Shown here: positions 17,864-27,936 of the stretch, piece by piece | How the letters are laid out: each line of letters starts with the position of its first letter | Position numbering within the stretch: the first letter of the stretch is position 1 | Program-made: the position numbers and the translations under genes | The notes under the pieces: model-generated | The model's database searches: none | The model's input: the letters and a program-made list of their open reading frames with translations, nothing else | Told to the model about the DNA's origin: nothing | Assembly (NCBI GenBank): GCA_963767925.1 | Contig: CAVYGB010000010.1 | Location: 1,024,001 to 1,088,000 of the forward strand | Direction: 5' to 3' | DNA from: an uncultured delta proteobacterium | Lineage (GTDB): Bacteria; Myxococcota_A; Polyangia; Fen-1088 | DNA: 64,000 nt

Positions 17864-19122
17864 GAGGCCCCCCAGAACGACACAATCGCCTGCAGCGGCA
17901 GGCGCTTCTTGCTCTCGGCGGGCAGGTCCTTGAGCAGGGCCGTCACCTCGTCCCAGCGCCGCTGGCGAAAGGCCAGGTCGGCCCGATACGACAGCAGGGT
18001 CTGGCGGGGCAGGCCCAGCGCCTCGGCCTTGTCGAAGTGGGCCGCCGCCTCCTCGAGGTGGCCCCCCGACGCCTTCATCCGTCCGAGCAGGAAGCAGAGG
18101 CCGGCGTCGGCGGGCAGCTCCTCGGCGGCCTGGTGGGCGTGTTTCAGCCCGCCGGTGAGCACGTGGGCCAGCACCTCGCCCTGGGCCAGGCCGAGGTAGA
18201 CCAGCTCCCAGTGCTCCTGGGCCAGCCGCTTGTGCAGGCTGCCGTGGGCCGGCTTGGGGGCCTCGGCCAGGCGGCCGTTGAGCTCCTTGATGTTGCCGTA
18301 AATGGTGCGCTCCTTTCCGTCGAGCAGGGCGTAGGCGAGCAAGCGAACGTCGTCGACCGGGTCGCGCAGGGCCACCTGCAAGATGGGCACGGCATACTGG
18401 TCGGCGAGCTGGCGGGTGGCCATCACCGCCCGCACGCGGGCCGCGGTCTCGGCGGCGTGGCGGATCACGCCCACCAGCCCCACCACCCCGTAGATGGGCT
18501 GCGAGGAGACGATGAGCGGGCGGTAGGGCAGATCGGGGATGTGGGTCATGACCAGCGGCGCCTCCTGCCGGTGCTTGTGGGGCAGCAACATCGGCAAGAC
18601 CAGCCCCACCGCCAGCCCCAGGGCCCCCAGCAGCGGGAGGAAGAAGATCACGATGCACAGGGAGGGGTAGGCGGTGTAGCGCCGCCGGCGCAGCAGGCGG
18701 GGCATCCAGCGGAAGATGGCCAGCCCCGAGATCAGCGTCCCCGCCCCGTGCAGGGCGAGGAAGGCGTACAGGGGGTGGTCGGCCACCAGTTCGAGCATGA
18801 GGGTCATGGTGGCGAGCACCTCGCAGAACAGCCCCAGCACGTAGAGGGGTCCGGGCGAGCCCAGCGCGACCGCGCCCATCACCTTGTCGAGCTGCTCGGA
18901 GCCGGGCCCGCCGTCCTCCTCCTCGTCTGGGTCGGGCGGCGGCTTGCTCTTCTCGTCGGGGGCGTTGCGCTTGGGCGCCTCGGAGGCCTTGCCCTTGTCC
19001 TCCGCGGGCGCCCTGGCGTCCTTGTCCGCCGGGGGCTTCCCCTCGGTCGGCGGGGCGGGGGGGTGGGGATCGGAGGGCGGCTCGGCGGGGGGCGGGTGGG
19101 GCTGGGGGTCGAGGGGGTTCAC
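17860..19122 (-). CDS. pelE: PelE-like membrane/HEAT-TPR protein with a Pro-rich N-terminal extension
   Basis: TM segments followed by 'ALRDPVDDVRLLAYALLDGKE' and 'WELVYLGLAQG'. Lies between pelD and pelF. Confidence 0.85.
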   Translation of the reverse strand: MNPLDPQPHPPPAEPPSDPHPPAPPTEGKPPADKDARAPAEDKGKASEAPKRNAPDEKSKPPPDPDEEEDGGPGSEQLDKVMGAVALGSPGPLYVLGLFCEVLATMTLMLELVADHPLYAFLALHGAGTLISGLAIFRWMPRLLRRRRYTAYPSLCIVIFFLPLLGALGLAVGLVLPMLLPHKHRQEAPLVMTHIPDLPYRPLIVSSQPIYGVVGLVGVIRHAAETAARVRAVMATRQLADQYAVPILQVALRDPVDDVRLLAYALLDGKERTIYGNIKELNGRLAEAPKPAHGSLHKRLAQEHWELVYLGLAQGEVLAHVLTGGLKHAHQAAEELPADAGLCFLLGRMKASGGHLEEAAAHFDKAEALGLPRQTLLSYRADLAFRQRRWDEVTALLKDLPAESKKRLPLQAIVSFWGAS

Positions 19123-20471
19123 GCCGCCGCCTCGCTGCCCACGTCGAGCGCCTGGCACAGCTCGTTGAACATCGCCTCGGCGTCGTCCCTGGCGCCGATG
19201 ACCCGGGTGCGGGTGTCGAGCCCCGCGGTGAGCAGGTCGGAGCCGTAGCGCTCCTGCACCATCCGGCGCAGGCGGCCCAGGTAGCCGTCGGCGCCGCGCT
19301 CGTCGGTGAAGGGCATCAACATGAAGACCCGGGTCTCGCCCTGGCGGCTGCGCAGGACCAGCGCCTGGTCCAGCCCCCGCCGCTGGCCGAGGATCTGCTG
19401 GGCCAGGGCCTCGGCCCGCTCGCTGCGCGAGAAGGCCATCGCCACCAGCACCGCTGGCAGGTCGAAGCGCGAGCGGTCCACCACCGCCCGCTCGAGGTTG
19501 ACGAGGAAGGAGGCGCGGGTGGAGTCGTCGGCGCTCGACCAGCCCGCGCCGTAGGCCAGGATGTCGCCCACGTGCCCGCCCAGCACCGCCAGCAGCTTGA
19601 GGTTGTCGGCGTGGAAGGCCACGAAGAGCATCTCCCGCACCGCCAGGATGGCCCACAGGCGGCCCCGCGAGTCGGCGAAGGGGATCGCCGCCAGGAGCTG
19701 GGTGCCCCGCTCGGCCGGGCTCATCTCCGGGCGCACGCTGCACAGGGCGAGCCGATCCAGGCACTGGTTCACCAGCGGGTCGTCGGCGGTGATCTTCTCC
19801 GCCTTGCCCATGGTGGACACCGACTTGGGATCGATGTTGCCCTTCTCGTCGACGCTGAACAGGGCGGCCGTCTGCACCCAGCCGTAGTGGGAGAAGAGGG
19901 CCAGGATGGCCCCCTCGATCCCCAGCAGGGGCCGGCCGGGCTGCTTGGCCGCCAGGAGCTGCCGGCGCAGGGTCTGCAGGGCCTCGCGCAGGTTCTGGGT
20001 GCCGCCCGCCACCTTCTGCTCGAGGGCGTCGTGCGACACCTTGAGGACGTGGTAGGCGCGGGCGAACTCGTCGAGCCGGAGCCGCCGGAAGTTCGACATG
20101 ACCGACTGGCGGCGCACCCGCCGGATCCAGACGTCGGCGAACTCGCCGGCCAGCATGCCGGTGACCAGCAACCCCACCGCGAACTGCGAGGGGAACTCGG
20201 GGATGTGCATCCACTGCCGGCGCCAGGCCGCCACCAGCAGCACGATGATGCCGAGCGCGCAGCCGAAGCCGTGGGCAAAGCCGTAGCGCAGCCCCATGAG
20301 CAGGGGCCCCAGGCAGGACCAGGAGAAGGTCTCCTTCGTGAAGAAGGGATCCTCCGGGCGCAGCCAGTAGCCGATGATCACCGTGCCGATGGTGACCACC
20401 CCGGTCTCGATCGCCGCCAGCCAGACCGGCGGCGGACGCGCCTCGAGCTCAGGCTCTGCTGCTGCCGCCAT
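19119..20471 (-). CDS. pelD: PelD c-di-GMP receptor (TM - GAF - degenerate GGDEF)
   Basis: 'PLLMGLRYG', 'GEFADVW', 'LKVSHDALEQ' and an I-site RxxD in 'RRGLD'. Operon position fits. Confidence 0.9.
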   Translation of the reverse strand: MAAAAEPELEARPPPVWLAAIETGVVTIGTVIIGYWLRPEDPFFTKETFSWSCLGPLLMGLRYGFAHGFGCALGIIVLLVAAWRRQWMHIPEFPSQFAVGLLVTGMLAGEFADVWIRRVRRQSVMSNFRRLRLDEFARAYHVLKVSHDALEQKVAGGTQNLREALQTLRRQLLAAKQPGRPLLGIEGAILALFSHYGWVQTAALFSVDEKGNIDPKSVSTMGKAEKITADDPLVNQCLDRLALCSVRPEMSPAERGTQLLAAIPFADSRGRLWAILAVREMLFVAFHADNLKLLAVLGGHVGDILAYGAGWSSADDSTRASFLVNLERAVVDRSRFDLPAVLVAMAFSRSERAEALAQQILGQRRGLDQALVLRSRQGETRVFMLMPFTDERGADGYLGRLRRMVQERYGSDLLTAGLDTRTRVIGARDDAEAMFNELCQALDVGSEAAA

Positions 20472-20480
20472 GCCCTACCG

Positions 20481-21038
20481 TCACTTGAGCTCCAGCTCCT
20501 TGAGGAGCGCCTTGAGGAGCTCCTGAGCGGTCCCCGCCAGGGTGTCCCGCCCCCACCCCGCCCGGGCCCCCGACGCCGACCAGACCACCCTCTGCGACGG
20601 CAGATCCACGACCTGCACGCTGAGGCCGACCGCCGGCTCGCCGTCGAGCCCGTTGCGGTAGCGCCACTCCTCGACGCTGCCGGTGACCCCGTAGAGAAAG
20701 CCCCGCTCCTTGGCCCAGCGGAGGGCCATCTCGGCCCGCCGGCGCTCGTCGAGCTCGGGCAGCACCCCCACCGTCTCGGCCGGCGGGGCGTAGCCGGCGA
20801 TGTCCCCCAGCCCGCGGGCCCGCAGCAAGGTGGCGAGGATCGACTCGGCCTTCTCCCCCGCCTGGGGGGTCTCGGTCTGGTTGCGCAGGGGGAGCAAGAC
20901 CCAGCGGCTGCGCTTGTCGAGGGCCGGTCCCCGCTGGATCTCTCGCACCACGCAGCCCGGGAGCACGAGCAGCGGTACCAACCCGAGCAGGAGCAGGCCG
21001 GCCAGGTGGCGTCGGGTTTTAGTACCAGGCGATGACAT
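20481..21038 (-). CDS. pelC: PelC outer-membrane lipoprotein
   Basis: Lipobox LPGC. 'ETPQAGEKAESIL' and 'GSVEEWRYRNGLDGEPAVG'. Confidence 0.92.
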   Translation of the reverse strand: MSSPGTKTRRHLAGLLLLGLVPLLVLPGCVVREIQRGPALDKRSRWVLLPLRNQTETPQAGEKAESILATLLRARGLGDIAGYAPPAETVGVLPELDERRRAEMALRWAKERGFLYGVTGSVEEWRYRNGLDGEPAVGLSVQVVDLPSQRVVWSASGARAGWGRDTLAGTAQELLKALLKELELK

Positions 21039-24000
21039 ATCGAAGCTCCAGGCCGCGTTCGGTTTCTCCCGCGCGGCCGCTCTGGCTGCGGGACAGGAAC
21101 AGGCGGCCGCCCAGGTCGTGGCCGGGCAGGAACCTCCAGTGGAGGACGCCGTCGCCGCGGAGGGCGAGCTGGCCCGCCGGCAGCAGCCAGCCGGCCGAGA
21201 GGTCCAGGCCCCAGGAGAAGACCGAGACCGGCATCGGCACCAGGCCGAGGTCGCCGGTGCCGAGCGAGATCCCGGTCGAGAAGGCCGCGTAGCGACCGGG
21301 CAAGATCGCGTCCATGGTGACGCCGGGGGCGAGCCGCATCGCCAGCGCCGCCGGGACCTCGGCGGCCCGCTGGTTGGCGGAGGCCGCTGCCTGCAGGTAG
21401 GCCCGCAGGCTGGGCGACCCCGACAGCAGCAGGTGGCTGGCGTCGACCAGCAGGCCGCCGCCCCGGGCCAGCCACTCGCCGTCGATGGTCGTGTCCCGGC
21501 GCAGATCGAAGATGGCCCGCACCTGCTCGCGCCGGGTCAGCCCCAGATCGAAGGCGGCGGCCAGGCGATCCCGCCGGCCAAAGGCCCGCATGATGGCCCC
21601 CTCCTGGGTCCCCCCGTGGGAGAAGCCAAGCGAGACGAGCGAGCCGGGCCCCAGCTCGGGCAGCCGCATCCCTCCCTCGATCTCCGCCAGCAGGGCGGGG
21701 CCGCCCGGCAGAGCCTCGACACCCAGGCGCAGCTCGGCCATGAGGAGCTTGTCGTCGTGGATCGCGACGACCTCGACCTGGCCCCGGCTCTCGGCGCTCC
21801 CCAGCAGCAAGGCTCCCGAGGCCGGCAGCAGGCGCAGGTGGCTGGCGCTGAGGCCGACCCTCCCTCCGGTCCAGGGACCGGGCCCCTCGTAGCTGGCCTC
21901 CTGCTGGAGGACATCGAGGGCGCCCACCGCCTCGACCAGCAGGCGGGCCCGCACCCGATCGTCGTCGGCCCGGCCCAGCTCGCGGGCGTGGTCCTGCAGG
22001 GCCAGCTTCTCGTCGCGCGGGCGCTCGCCCATGAGGCCGTCGGCCACCACCCGGCGGGCGGCGGCCTGCAGGCCCAGCGTGCGCAGCACCGTCACCTGGT
22101 CGCCGATGGGCAGGTTCTTGCCCTCGTAGGCCAGGAGGGCGGCCAGGGTCTCATGGTCGTTCTCGGCCAGGGCCATCGCCAGGCGCACCGAGAGGGGCGG
22201 CCGGGGCAGCTCGCCCTCGTCCTTGCGCCGCCACAGCCAGCGGCGGGCGGCGGCGGTGTTGTCCCGGGCCAGCTCGATGTCGAGGGCCAGCGCCTGCACG
22301 TCGGCGTCGTGGCTGGCTCGCCGCACGAGCGCCCTCGTGACCCGGGCGGCCGCCCGGTTGCCGCGCAGGTGGCGCAGCAGGCGGGCGTAGGCCACCACCG
22401 GCTCGGCCGAGACCATGCCATGGCTGACGCCCTCGCTGTCGATCGAGAAGGCTCCCCGCTCCTTGGCCGGGGTGCTGGCCCAGGCCTCCAGCACCGGCTC
22501 GACCGCCTGCCGCCGGCCCCGGAGGACCTGCTCGCGCAGGCGGAGGGCGCCGTCGGCCCGCCCGGCCCGGGAGAGGGCGTCGGCGTAGGACTCCAGCCAG
22601 CCCAGGTCGCGGGGGCGGGTGCGGGCCTCGATCTCGTAGAACGGCAGGGCCTCGTCGAGGCGGCCCAGGCGATCGAGGCCGGCGGCGAAGACCCGGGCGT
22701 AGGCCGGATCGGTGAGGGCCATCTCCCACCAGGCGGTGAGGAGCTGGGCCAGGCGCTCGCGCCGGTCGTGCTCGAGGGCGAAGGCCAGCCAGCCCATGCG
22801 GGCCTCGCGCGACATCGGGTTGAGCTCGAGGGCCGTGCGGTAGCAGGTCTCGACCTCGGCGTAGCGGTCCTTCCAGCTCATGAGCCCGGCCCGCAGCAGC
22901 CAGAAGTGCTCGATGTCCTTGAACACCGCGAGGCGCTGCTCGGCCAGGTCGGTCAACCCCTCCAGCTCGGGATACAGGTGGGCGTCGGCCGCGGTCTGCA
23001 TGCCCATCAGCAGGAAGTTCGGGTTGCCCGTGTCGATCCAGGCCTGGCGGGCCACCACCATCAGCTCGCGTCGCTGGCCGATGCGCCCGAGGATCTGCAG
23101 CAGCCGCCCCACCTCGGACGACTCCATCTTGCGGGCGGCCCACAACATGCGCAGGGCGGCCAGGGCGTCGGCCTGCTCGTCGCGGATCCAGGCCTGCTCG
23201 GCCAGGCTGCGCCAGTAGTCGAGGTCCTCGGGCCGGGCGAGGGGGCGGGCGTCCTTGATGATCTTCCAGACCAGGTCGGGCTTGCCCAGCCGGTAGGCCA
23301 GCTCGGCCTGGCGCATGACGTCCCCGATGCGGCGGCCGAAGCGCCGGCCCACCTCGTCCCAGACCTCGATCTCCTTCTCGTCCTCGGCGGCCCCGTCGTA
23401 GAGCCGGGCCAGCAGCTCCCAGGTGCGGCGCTCGCCGGGGTTGCCCCAGCGGTGCACGGCCAGCGCCGCCTCCAGGGGATCGGCCAGCGACTCGTAGGCC
23501 CGGGTCAGCTCGAGCAGCTCCTCGTAGGTCAGCCCACGCAGCTCGGCCTTCAGGCTGAACAGCTCGACGATCTTGTCCCAATCGAGCAGGGGGCGGGCCA
23601 GGGCCAGCGAGCGATCGAGGGCGGCCAGATCCCCCCGCCGGGCCAGCCAGGTCCAGCTCTCGAGCGAGGCGATGAGATCCCCCGACCAGCCCGCGATCTC
23701 GGCCAGGCGCCGCCGCTCGCCGTGATCCCGGGGCCGCAGCCGCACGAGGGCCTCGGCCGCCCGCATGGCGTCGTCGTTGCGGCCGCGGGCCAGGGCCAGA
23801 TCGCGCATCTGCCGCTGGGTGAAGACGTCTTCGGGGGCGATGGCCGCCAGGAGCTGGGCGTAGTGCAGGGCCAGCTCGAGGTCCGAGATCGAGAGGGCCA
23901 GCTTGAGGCCCCGGGTGATGAGCGCGCGGCCTCCCCCCAGCTTGGTCCGCATCTCCTCGAGCAGCTTGAGGGCGTCCCGGGTCCGGTTGCCGGCCACCAG

Positions 24001-24765
24001 CGCGTCGACCGCCCGGTTGGCCAGGGCCACCGCCCGGCCGGGGAAATCCCGCCGGGCCAGGGCGGCCTCACGCAGGGCCTGGGCGGCCAGGGCGTGTTCG
24101 CCGGCGGAGAGGTACCAGGTCCCGGCCAGCTCGAGGTAGTCGTCGCGCCGGCCGCGCACGAAGCTGGCCAGGCGGAGGTAGATGCGCGCCGCCTGTCCGG
24201 GCTGATCGAGGCTGAGGCTGAGGCGGGCCAGCCGCTCGAGGGCGGGGGCCGAGATGCGCGAGGCGAGCAGCCGCTCCCGGCGGGCGATGAGGGCGTCGAG
24301 GGCGTCTTCGCGGGCTTCGATGTCCCCGGCGCGGACGGCGTAAAAACGCCGCTCCTCCACGTCGAGGGCGAGCAGATCCGCCTCCAGCATGGTCACCCGC
24401 TCGGGGGTCAGCAGCGGCTGCAAGTACTTCATCGCCTCTTTGAGCAGCGACAGCGACAGGAGCTGCCGGACCAGGGCCAGGCGGGGGCCCGGATCGTTGG
24501 GGCGGACCTTCACGATGGCCCGCAGGTAGGCCACCGAGACGCCGTCGGCCCGGGCGTTGTAGCGGGGGTCGTTGTAGTTCTCCCCCGGAAACAGCATCAC
24601 CAGGACGAACCCCATCGCCAGGAACAACATCACCATCGTCGAGGGGCGCAGCAGGCTGCGCTGCCCCTCGCCGCCCCAGGGGCTGGGCGGGGCGGGATGT
24701 TTGACCGCCCCGGTCCCGGTGGGGGGCGCCGGCTTGGGCGTATCAGGGGCAGGTGACCGTGACAT
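21019..24765 (-). CDS. pelB: PelB TPR + beta-barrel export protein
   Basis: 'SVAYLRAIV...P' start, a long TPR region and an amphipathic beta-strand C-terminus ending LRYVIAWY. Start could be 24807. Confidence 0.85.
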   Translation of the reverse strand: MSRSPAPDTPKPAPPTGTGAVKHPAPPSPWGGEGQRSLLRPSTMVMLFLAMGFVLVMLFPGENYNDPRYNARADGVSVAYLRAIVKVRPNDPGPRLALVRQLLSLSLLKEAMKYLQPLLTPERVTMLEADLLALDVEERRFYAVRAGDIEAREDALDALIARRERLLASRISAPALERLARLSLSLDQPGQAARIYLRLASFVRGRRDDYLELAGTWYLSAGEHALAAQALREAALARRDFPGRAVALANRAVDALVAGNRTRDALKLLEEMRTKLGGGRALITRGLKLALSISDLELALHYAQLLAAIAPEDVFTQRQMRDLALARGRNDDAMRAAEALVRLRPRDHGERRRLAEIAGWSGDLIASLESWTWLARRGDLAALDRSLALARPLLDWDKIVELFSLKAELRGLTYEELLELTRAYESLADPLEAALAVHRWGNPGERRTWELLARLYDGAAEDEKEIEVWDEVGRRFGRRIGDVMRQAELAYRLGKPDLVWKIIKDARPLARPEDLDYWRSLAEQAWIRDEQADALAALRMLWAARKMESSEVGRLLQILGRIGQRRELMVVARQAWIDTGNPNFLLMGMQTAADAHLYPELEGLTDLAEQRLAVFKDIEHFWLLRAGLMSWKDRYAEVETCYRTALELNPMSREARMGWLAFALEHDRRERLAQLLTAWWEMALTDPAYARVFAAGLDRLGRLDEALPFYEIEARTRPRDLGWLESYADALSRAGRADGALRLREQVLRGRRQAVEPVLEAWASTPAKERGAFSIDSEGVSHGMVSAEPVVAYARLLRHLRGNRAAARVTRALVRRASHDADVQALALDIELARDNTAAARRWLWRRKDEGELPRPPLSVRLAMALAENDHETLAALLAYEGKNLPIGDQVTVLRTLGLQAAARRVVADGLMGERPRDEKLALQDHARELGRADDDRVRARLLVEAVGALDVLQQEASYEGPGPWTGGRVGLSASHLRLLPASGALLLGSAESRGQVEVVAIHDDKLLMAELRLGVEALPGGPALLAEIEGGMRLPELGPGSLVSLGFSHGGTQEGAIMRAFGRRDRLAAAFDLGLTRREQVRAIFDLRRDTTIDGEWLARGGGLLVDASHLLLSGSPSLRAYLQAAASANQRAAEVPAALAMRLAPGVTMDAILPGRYAAFSTGISLGTGDLGLVPMPVSVFSWGLDLSAGWLLPAGQLALRGDGVLHWRFLPGHDLGGRLFLSRSQSGRAGETERGLELRYVIAWY

Positions 24766-27595
24766 CCCCGCTCTCCTTCCCCGCAAACCCCAGCTCGATG
24801 GTATCACCCTTGACGGTGAGGCGGGCCTTCGGCCCCGCCTGCACCCGGGGCGCTCCCCGGGGGCAGCCCGCCAGCGCCGCCTGCAAGGGCAGGTCGGCGG
24901 CGAGGCGCACCTTCAGCTCACCCCCGCTGCGGCGGTGGGAGATCACCCGACCGTTGACCCAGGCCAGGTAGGGGACCGTCGGCGGCTCGGGCCGGAAGCG
25001 CAGCCGCACCCGTTCGCCGCCGCTGAAGCTGGCGTAGCGGCCCTGGGGCGCCGCCCGCAGGACCGTGACCGGGCTCTGTCCGTCGAGCTCGGGCCAGCCC
25101 AGCCGCTCGTCGAACCGGACCGTGCGCAGCCCCTGGATCCGCCGGAGCTCCCAGCCCCCGTCGAGGGTGCGAGCCAGGGTGGCCCGCTGGAACTCCTCCA
25201 CCTTGCGGGCGTAGTCGCTGAGGTAAAGCGGGATGATCTCCTGGGCCAGGGACCAGTCGTAGAGCGTGCGCAGGGCCGAGACGCCGGCCGGCTTGGCCCC
25301 CGAGTAAAAGTGGTAGTAGAGCGAGATCGGCTTGATCCGGCGGGGCGTCTCGGTGTGGGCGAACACGTCGACCGCGCGCCGGTAGCCGTAAAACGGCCCG
25401 TGCCAGAGGTTGGTGAAGTTGTTCTCGTTGGGGTGGGCGGCGTAGACCTGATAGGAGTCCGGAAAGGGGATGCCGAGGCAGGTCACGTGGGTCAGCGAGA
25501 CGACCCCGTGGCCCACGGTGCCCACGCTGGCTCCGTTGACGTTGAACAGGCCGATCCGCTTGGTGATGCCCACCGCCTTGGCGCTGGGCTGGGCGCTGCC
25601 GCTCCAGAGGAAGACCTCGGTGCGCTTGCCGGGCGGCAGCAGGCGTTCGTTGATGTAGGCCACCGAGCCGGCGATGTCCCGCTCGAGGCTGAAGACGTAG
25701 CCCGGGATGGGCAGGTGGGCCTTGTCGTGGTGGCTGGCCGCCCGATGGAGCTCGGCCGCGTCCCAGTCGAAGGGGTGGCTGTAAGCGTGGCTGGCCGCCT
25801 CGACGAAGGGCAGCCGGAACATCTGCCGGGCGATCCCCTCGAGCTTGGGCGACAGATCGGGGTAGAGGCCGGTCGGCGCGACCTCCCCCTCGATGACCGA
25901 CACCGTGGTGGGGACGGGGTAGCGCAGGAGGATCTCCTCGTGGATGACCTCGCTGGCGTACTTCCGCTGCGGCATCTCCGAGATGTTGAGGAAGCCGTCG
26001 CCGTCGATGTGGCTGGTGAAGATGCGGCGGCCGTTCTCCGTGGTGGGGTCGAGCATCGGCAGCGGTGGCAGGGCCAGGGCCGAGGCCAGGAAGACGAAGG
26101 GCTCGAGGATCCAGCGGTTGCGGCCCTCCATGCCCGGCTCGATCACGAAGGGATCGAAGGCCAGCCCGCCCCAGGGGGTGGTGAGGATCGGATGGGCCCG
26201 GCCGCCGTCGCTGTTGACCAGCTCGAGGTGGACCTTCATCCCCTCGGCGCCCGGACGGGCCCGCAGCGCCACCAGGTCCCGTCCGGTCGCCACCGGCTGG
26301 GCCTCGAACCCCACGGCGCCGTCGCGCCGGGCGAACTGGACCGCCCCCTCGAGCGTGCCGGTGCCGACGAGCTGCAGGCCCAGGCGCAGCAGCAGGGCGG
26401 CGTCGACGGCGAACCCGGGCCGCCCCACCATCACGACCTTCACCCCGGCGTCGAGGTTGCGCAGCAGCCAGGCCCGGTAAAGATGGGGCGAGGGCAAGGT
26501 GTCGTCGGTCAGCAGGGTCACGATGGCGGCGTAGGTCTCCTCGAGCCGCCCGGGCAGCAGCGGACCGGAGGCGTCGAGGTAGTCGACGGCGTAGCCGTAA
26601 TATTCGAGCGGGAGGGCCAGCAGGCGGTGGGCGGGCGAGTTGTGCAGCTCCGCCTCCTTGCTGTCGTAGACCACCAGGGCCCGGCGGGGCACCACCTCGA
26701 TCGAGCCCATCCCGAGGCGATCGAGCTCGGGCGGAGCCACCCAGGGGGAGAAGCCGAGGGCGGCGACCCGGCCGGCCAGCTCGCGGTCCCGCTTGCGGGC
26801 CGGGCTGGCGTCCTGGCCGGGCAAGGGGGCGGGGACCTGCTCGACGATCACGATCGGGAGATCGCGCCGGGCGGTCAGCGCCCGCAGGGTCTCGACCTGG
26901 CGATCCCGCTCGGCCACCGGCACCTGGACGAAGCGGTGGGCGACGCTGTCGAAGCGCTCGAACAGGGGGCCCAGCACCAGGCCGCTGGCGAGGCCTTGCA
27001 CCTGCGGCGCCAGGGCCAGCCCGCCCTGGAACAGCAGCTTGCATCCCGGCAGGGCCCGGGCCAGCTCGGGCAGGAAGGCCTGCAGGGCCTCGAGCCGCCG
27101 CGCGCGATCTTCGGAGGCGGGCAAGGCGTCCTCGTAGCCGTCGAGCGCGCCGAGCAGGAACCCCCGGTAGCCGCGCGCGCGCAGGGCGCGGCCTTGCTCG
27201 ATCACGAAGCGTTGCCAGCCCGGCTGGGCCGGATCCATGACCCGGGTCCGGCGGGCGGTCGTGTTGCCGAGCTTCCAGGCGGGATCGATCGATCCGAACC
27301 AGGGGCGATGCTCTGCCGCCTGGCCCACGTCGAGGTGAGCAAAGACCTCGACGCCCCCTTCCAGCAGGTCCCGCAGCTCCTGTGCGCCGGTCCGGTCGGG
27401 ATCGACGACGACGCGATCGAAGGCGAGCAGCGAGCGCGCCGGCAGATGCTGCCCGTAATAAAAGGCGGTCGTCGGCCCGGCGGCGGCCCAGGCTGGAGAC
27501 AGAGCAACCGCGGTGATGACGCTGACGCTTAAGTTTGCGAGAGCCCGCCCGACCCAACGGCCGACGCAAGGCCTCACCGACACGACCCGGAACAT
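24743..27595 (-). CDS. pelA: PelA (GH166-like domain + CE4-like deacetylase)
   Basis: AFYYG, TTENGRR...HIDGDGF, SHAYSHPF, WSG...P, NENNFTNLW and LYYHFYSG. Start uncertain (27595 or 27631). Confidence 0.9.
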   Translation of the reverse strand: MFRVVSVRPCVGRWVGRALANLSVSVITAVALSPAWAAAGPTTAFYYGQHLPARSLLAFDRVVVDPDRTGAQELRDLLEGGVEVFAHLDVGQAAEHRPWFGSIDPAWKLGNTTARRTRVMDPAQPGWQRFVIEQGRALRARGYRGFLLGALDGYEDALPASEDRARRLEALQAFLPELARALPGCKLLFQGGLALAPQVQGLASGLVLGPLFERFDSVAHRFVQVPVAERDRQVETLRALTARRDLPIVIVEQVPAPLPGQDASPARKRDRELAGRVAALGFSPWVAPPELDRLGMGSIEVVPRRALVVYDSKEAELHNSPAHRLLALPLEYYGYAVDYLDASGPLLPGRLEETYAAIVTLLTDDTLPSPHLYRAWLLRNLDAGVKVVMVGRPGFAVDAALLLRLGLQLVGTGTLEGAVQFARRDGAVGFEAQPVATGRDLVALRARPGAEGMKVHLELVNSDGGRAHPILTTPWGGLAFDPFVIEPGMEGRNRWILEPFVFLASALALPPLPMLDPTTENGRRIFTSHIDGDGFLNISEMPQRKYASEVIHEEILLRYPVPTTVSVIEGEVAPTGLYPDLSPKLEGIARQMFRLPFVEAASHAYSHPFDWDAAELHRAASHHDKAHLPIPGYVFSLERDIAGSVAYINERLLPPGKRTEVFLWSGSAQPSAKAVGITKRIGLFNVNGASVGTVGHGVVSLTHVTCLGIPFPDSYQVYAAHPNENNFTNLWHGPFYGYRRAVDVFAHTETPRRIKPISLYYHFYSGAKPAGVSALRTLYDWSLAQEIIPLYLSDYARKVEEFQRATLARTLDGGWELRRIQGLRTVRFDERLGWPELDGQSPVTVLRAAPQGRYASFSGGERVRLRFRPEPPTVPYLAWVNGRVISHRRSGGELKVRLAADLPLQAALAGCPRGAPRVQAGPKARLTVKGDTIELGFAGKESGDVTVTCP

Positions 27596-27936
27596 ACGAC
27601 CTCTACTTCCGTCGTCCGAGCGGGGCCGCATCTTGAGTCGCCATGAGGGGTTACACGAGCACAACGCACCCACACGCGCGGGCTCGGAGCCCGGGTTGCG
27701 CGCCGGGCGACCGCCTGTTGCGCGGCGACGGGCGCCGCGCAGGGGCAGGCGCGCGCGGCCTTGTCCAGTTATTTTTCCCCCGGTGTGGACCGGTGGAGCG
27801 GTGAACAGAGGACGGACAGGCGGGAGGGAGCAGGTCGTGCGAAACAAGGCGAGCGTCAGGCGGGTAGCGGCGCTACCTTCGGGAGCGTTGTTGACAAAGG
27901 TGGGCGTCGTTCGTAGGTTTCCCCCGGTTTCGGGCC

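Noticed and set aside
27600..27936. FMN riboswitch upstream of ribA, or c-di-GMP riboswitch upstream of pelA
   Set aside because: I could not find the conserved RFN or GEMM motifs by eye. An Infernal/Rfam scan would be decisive.
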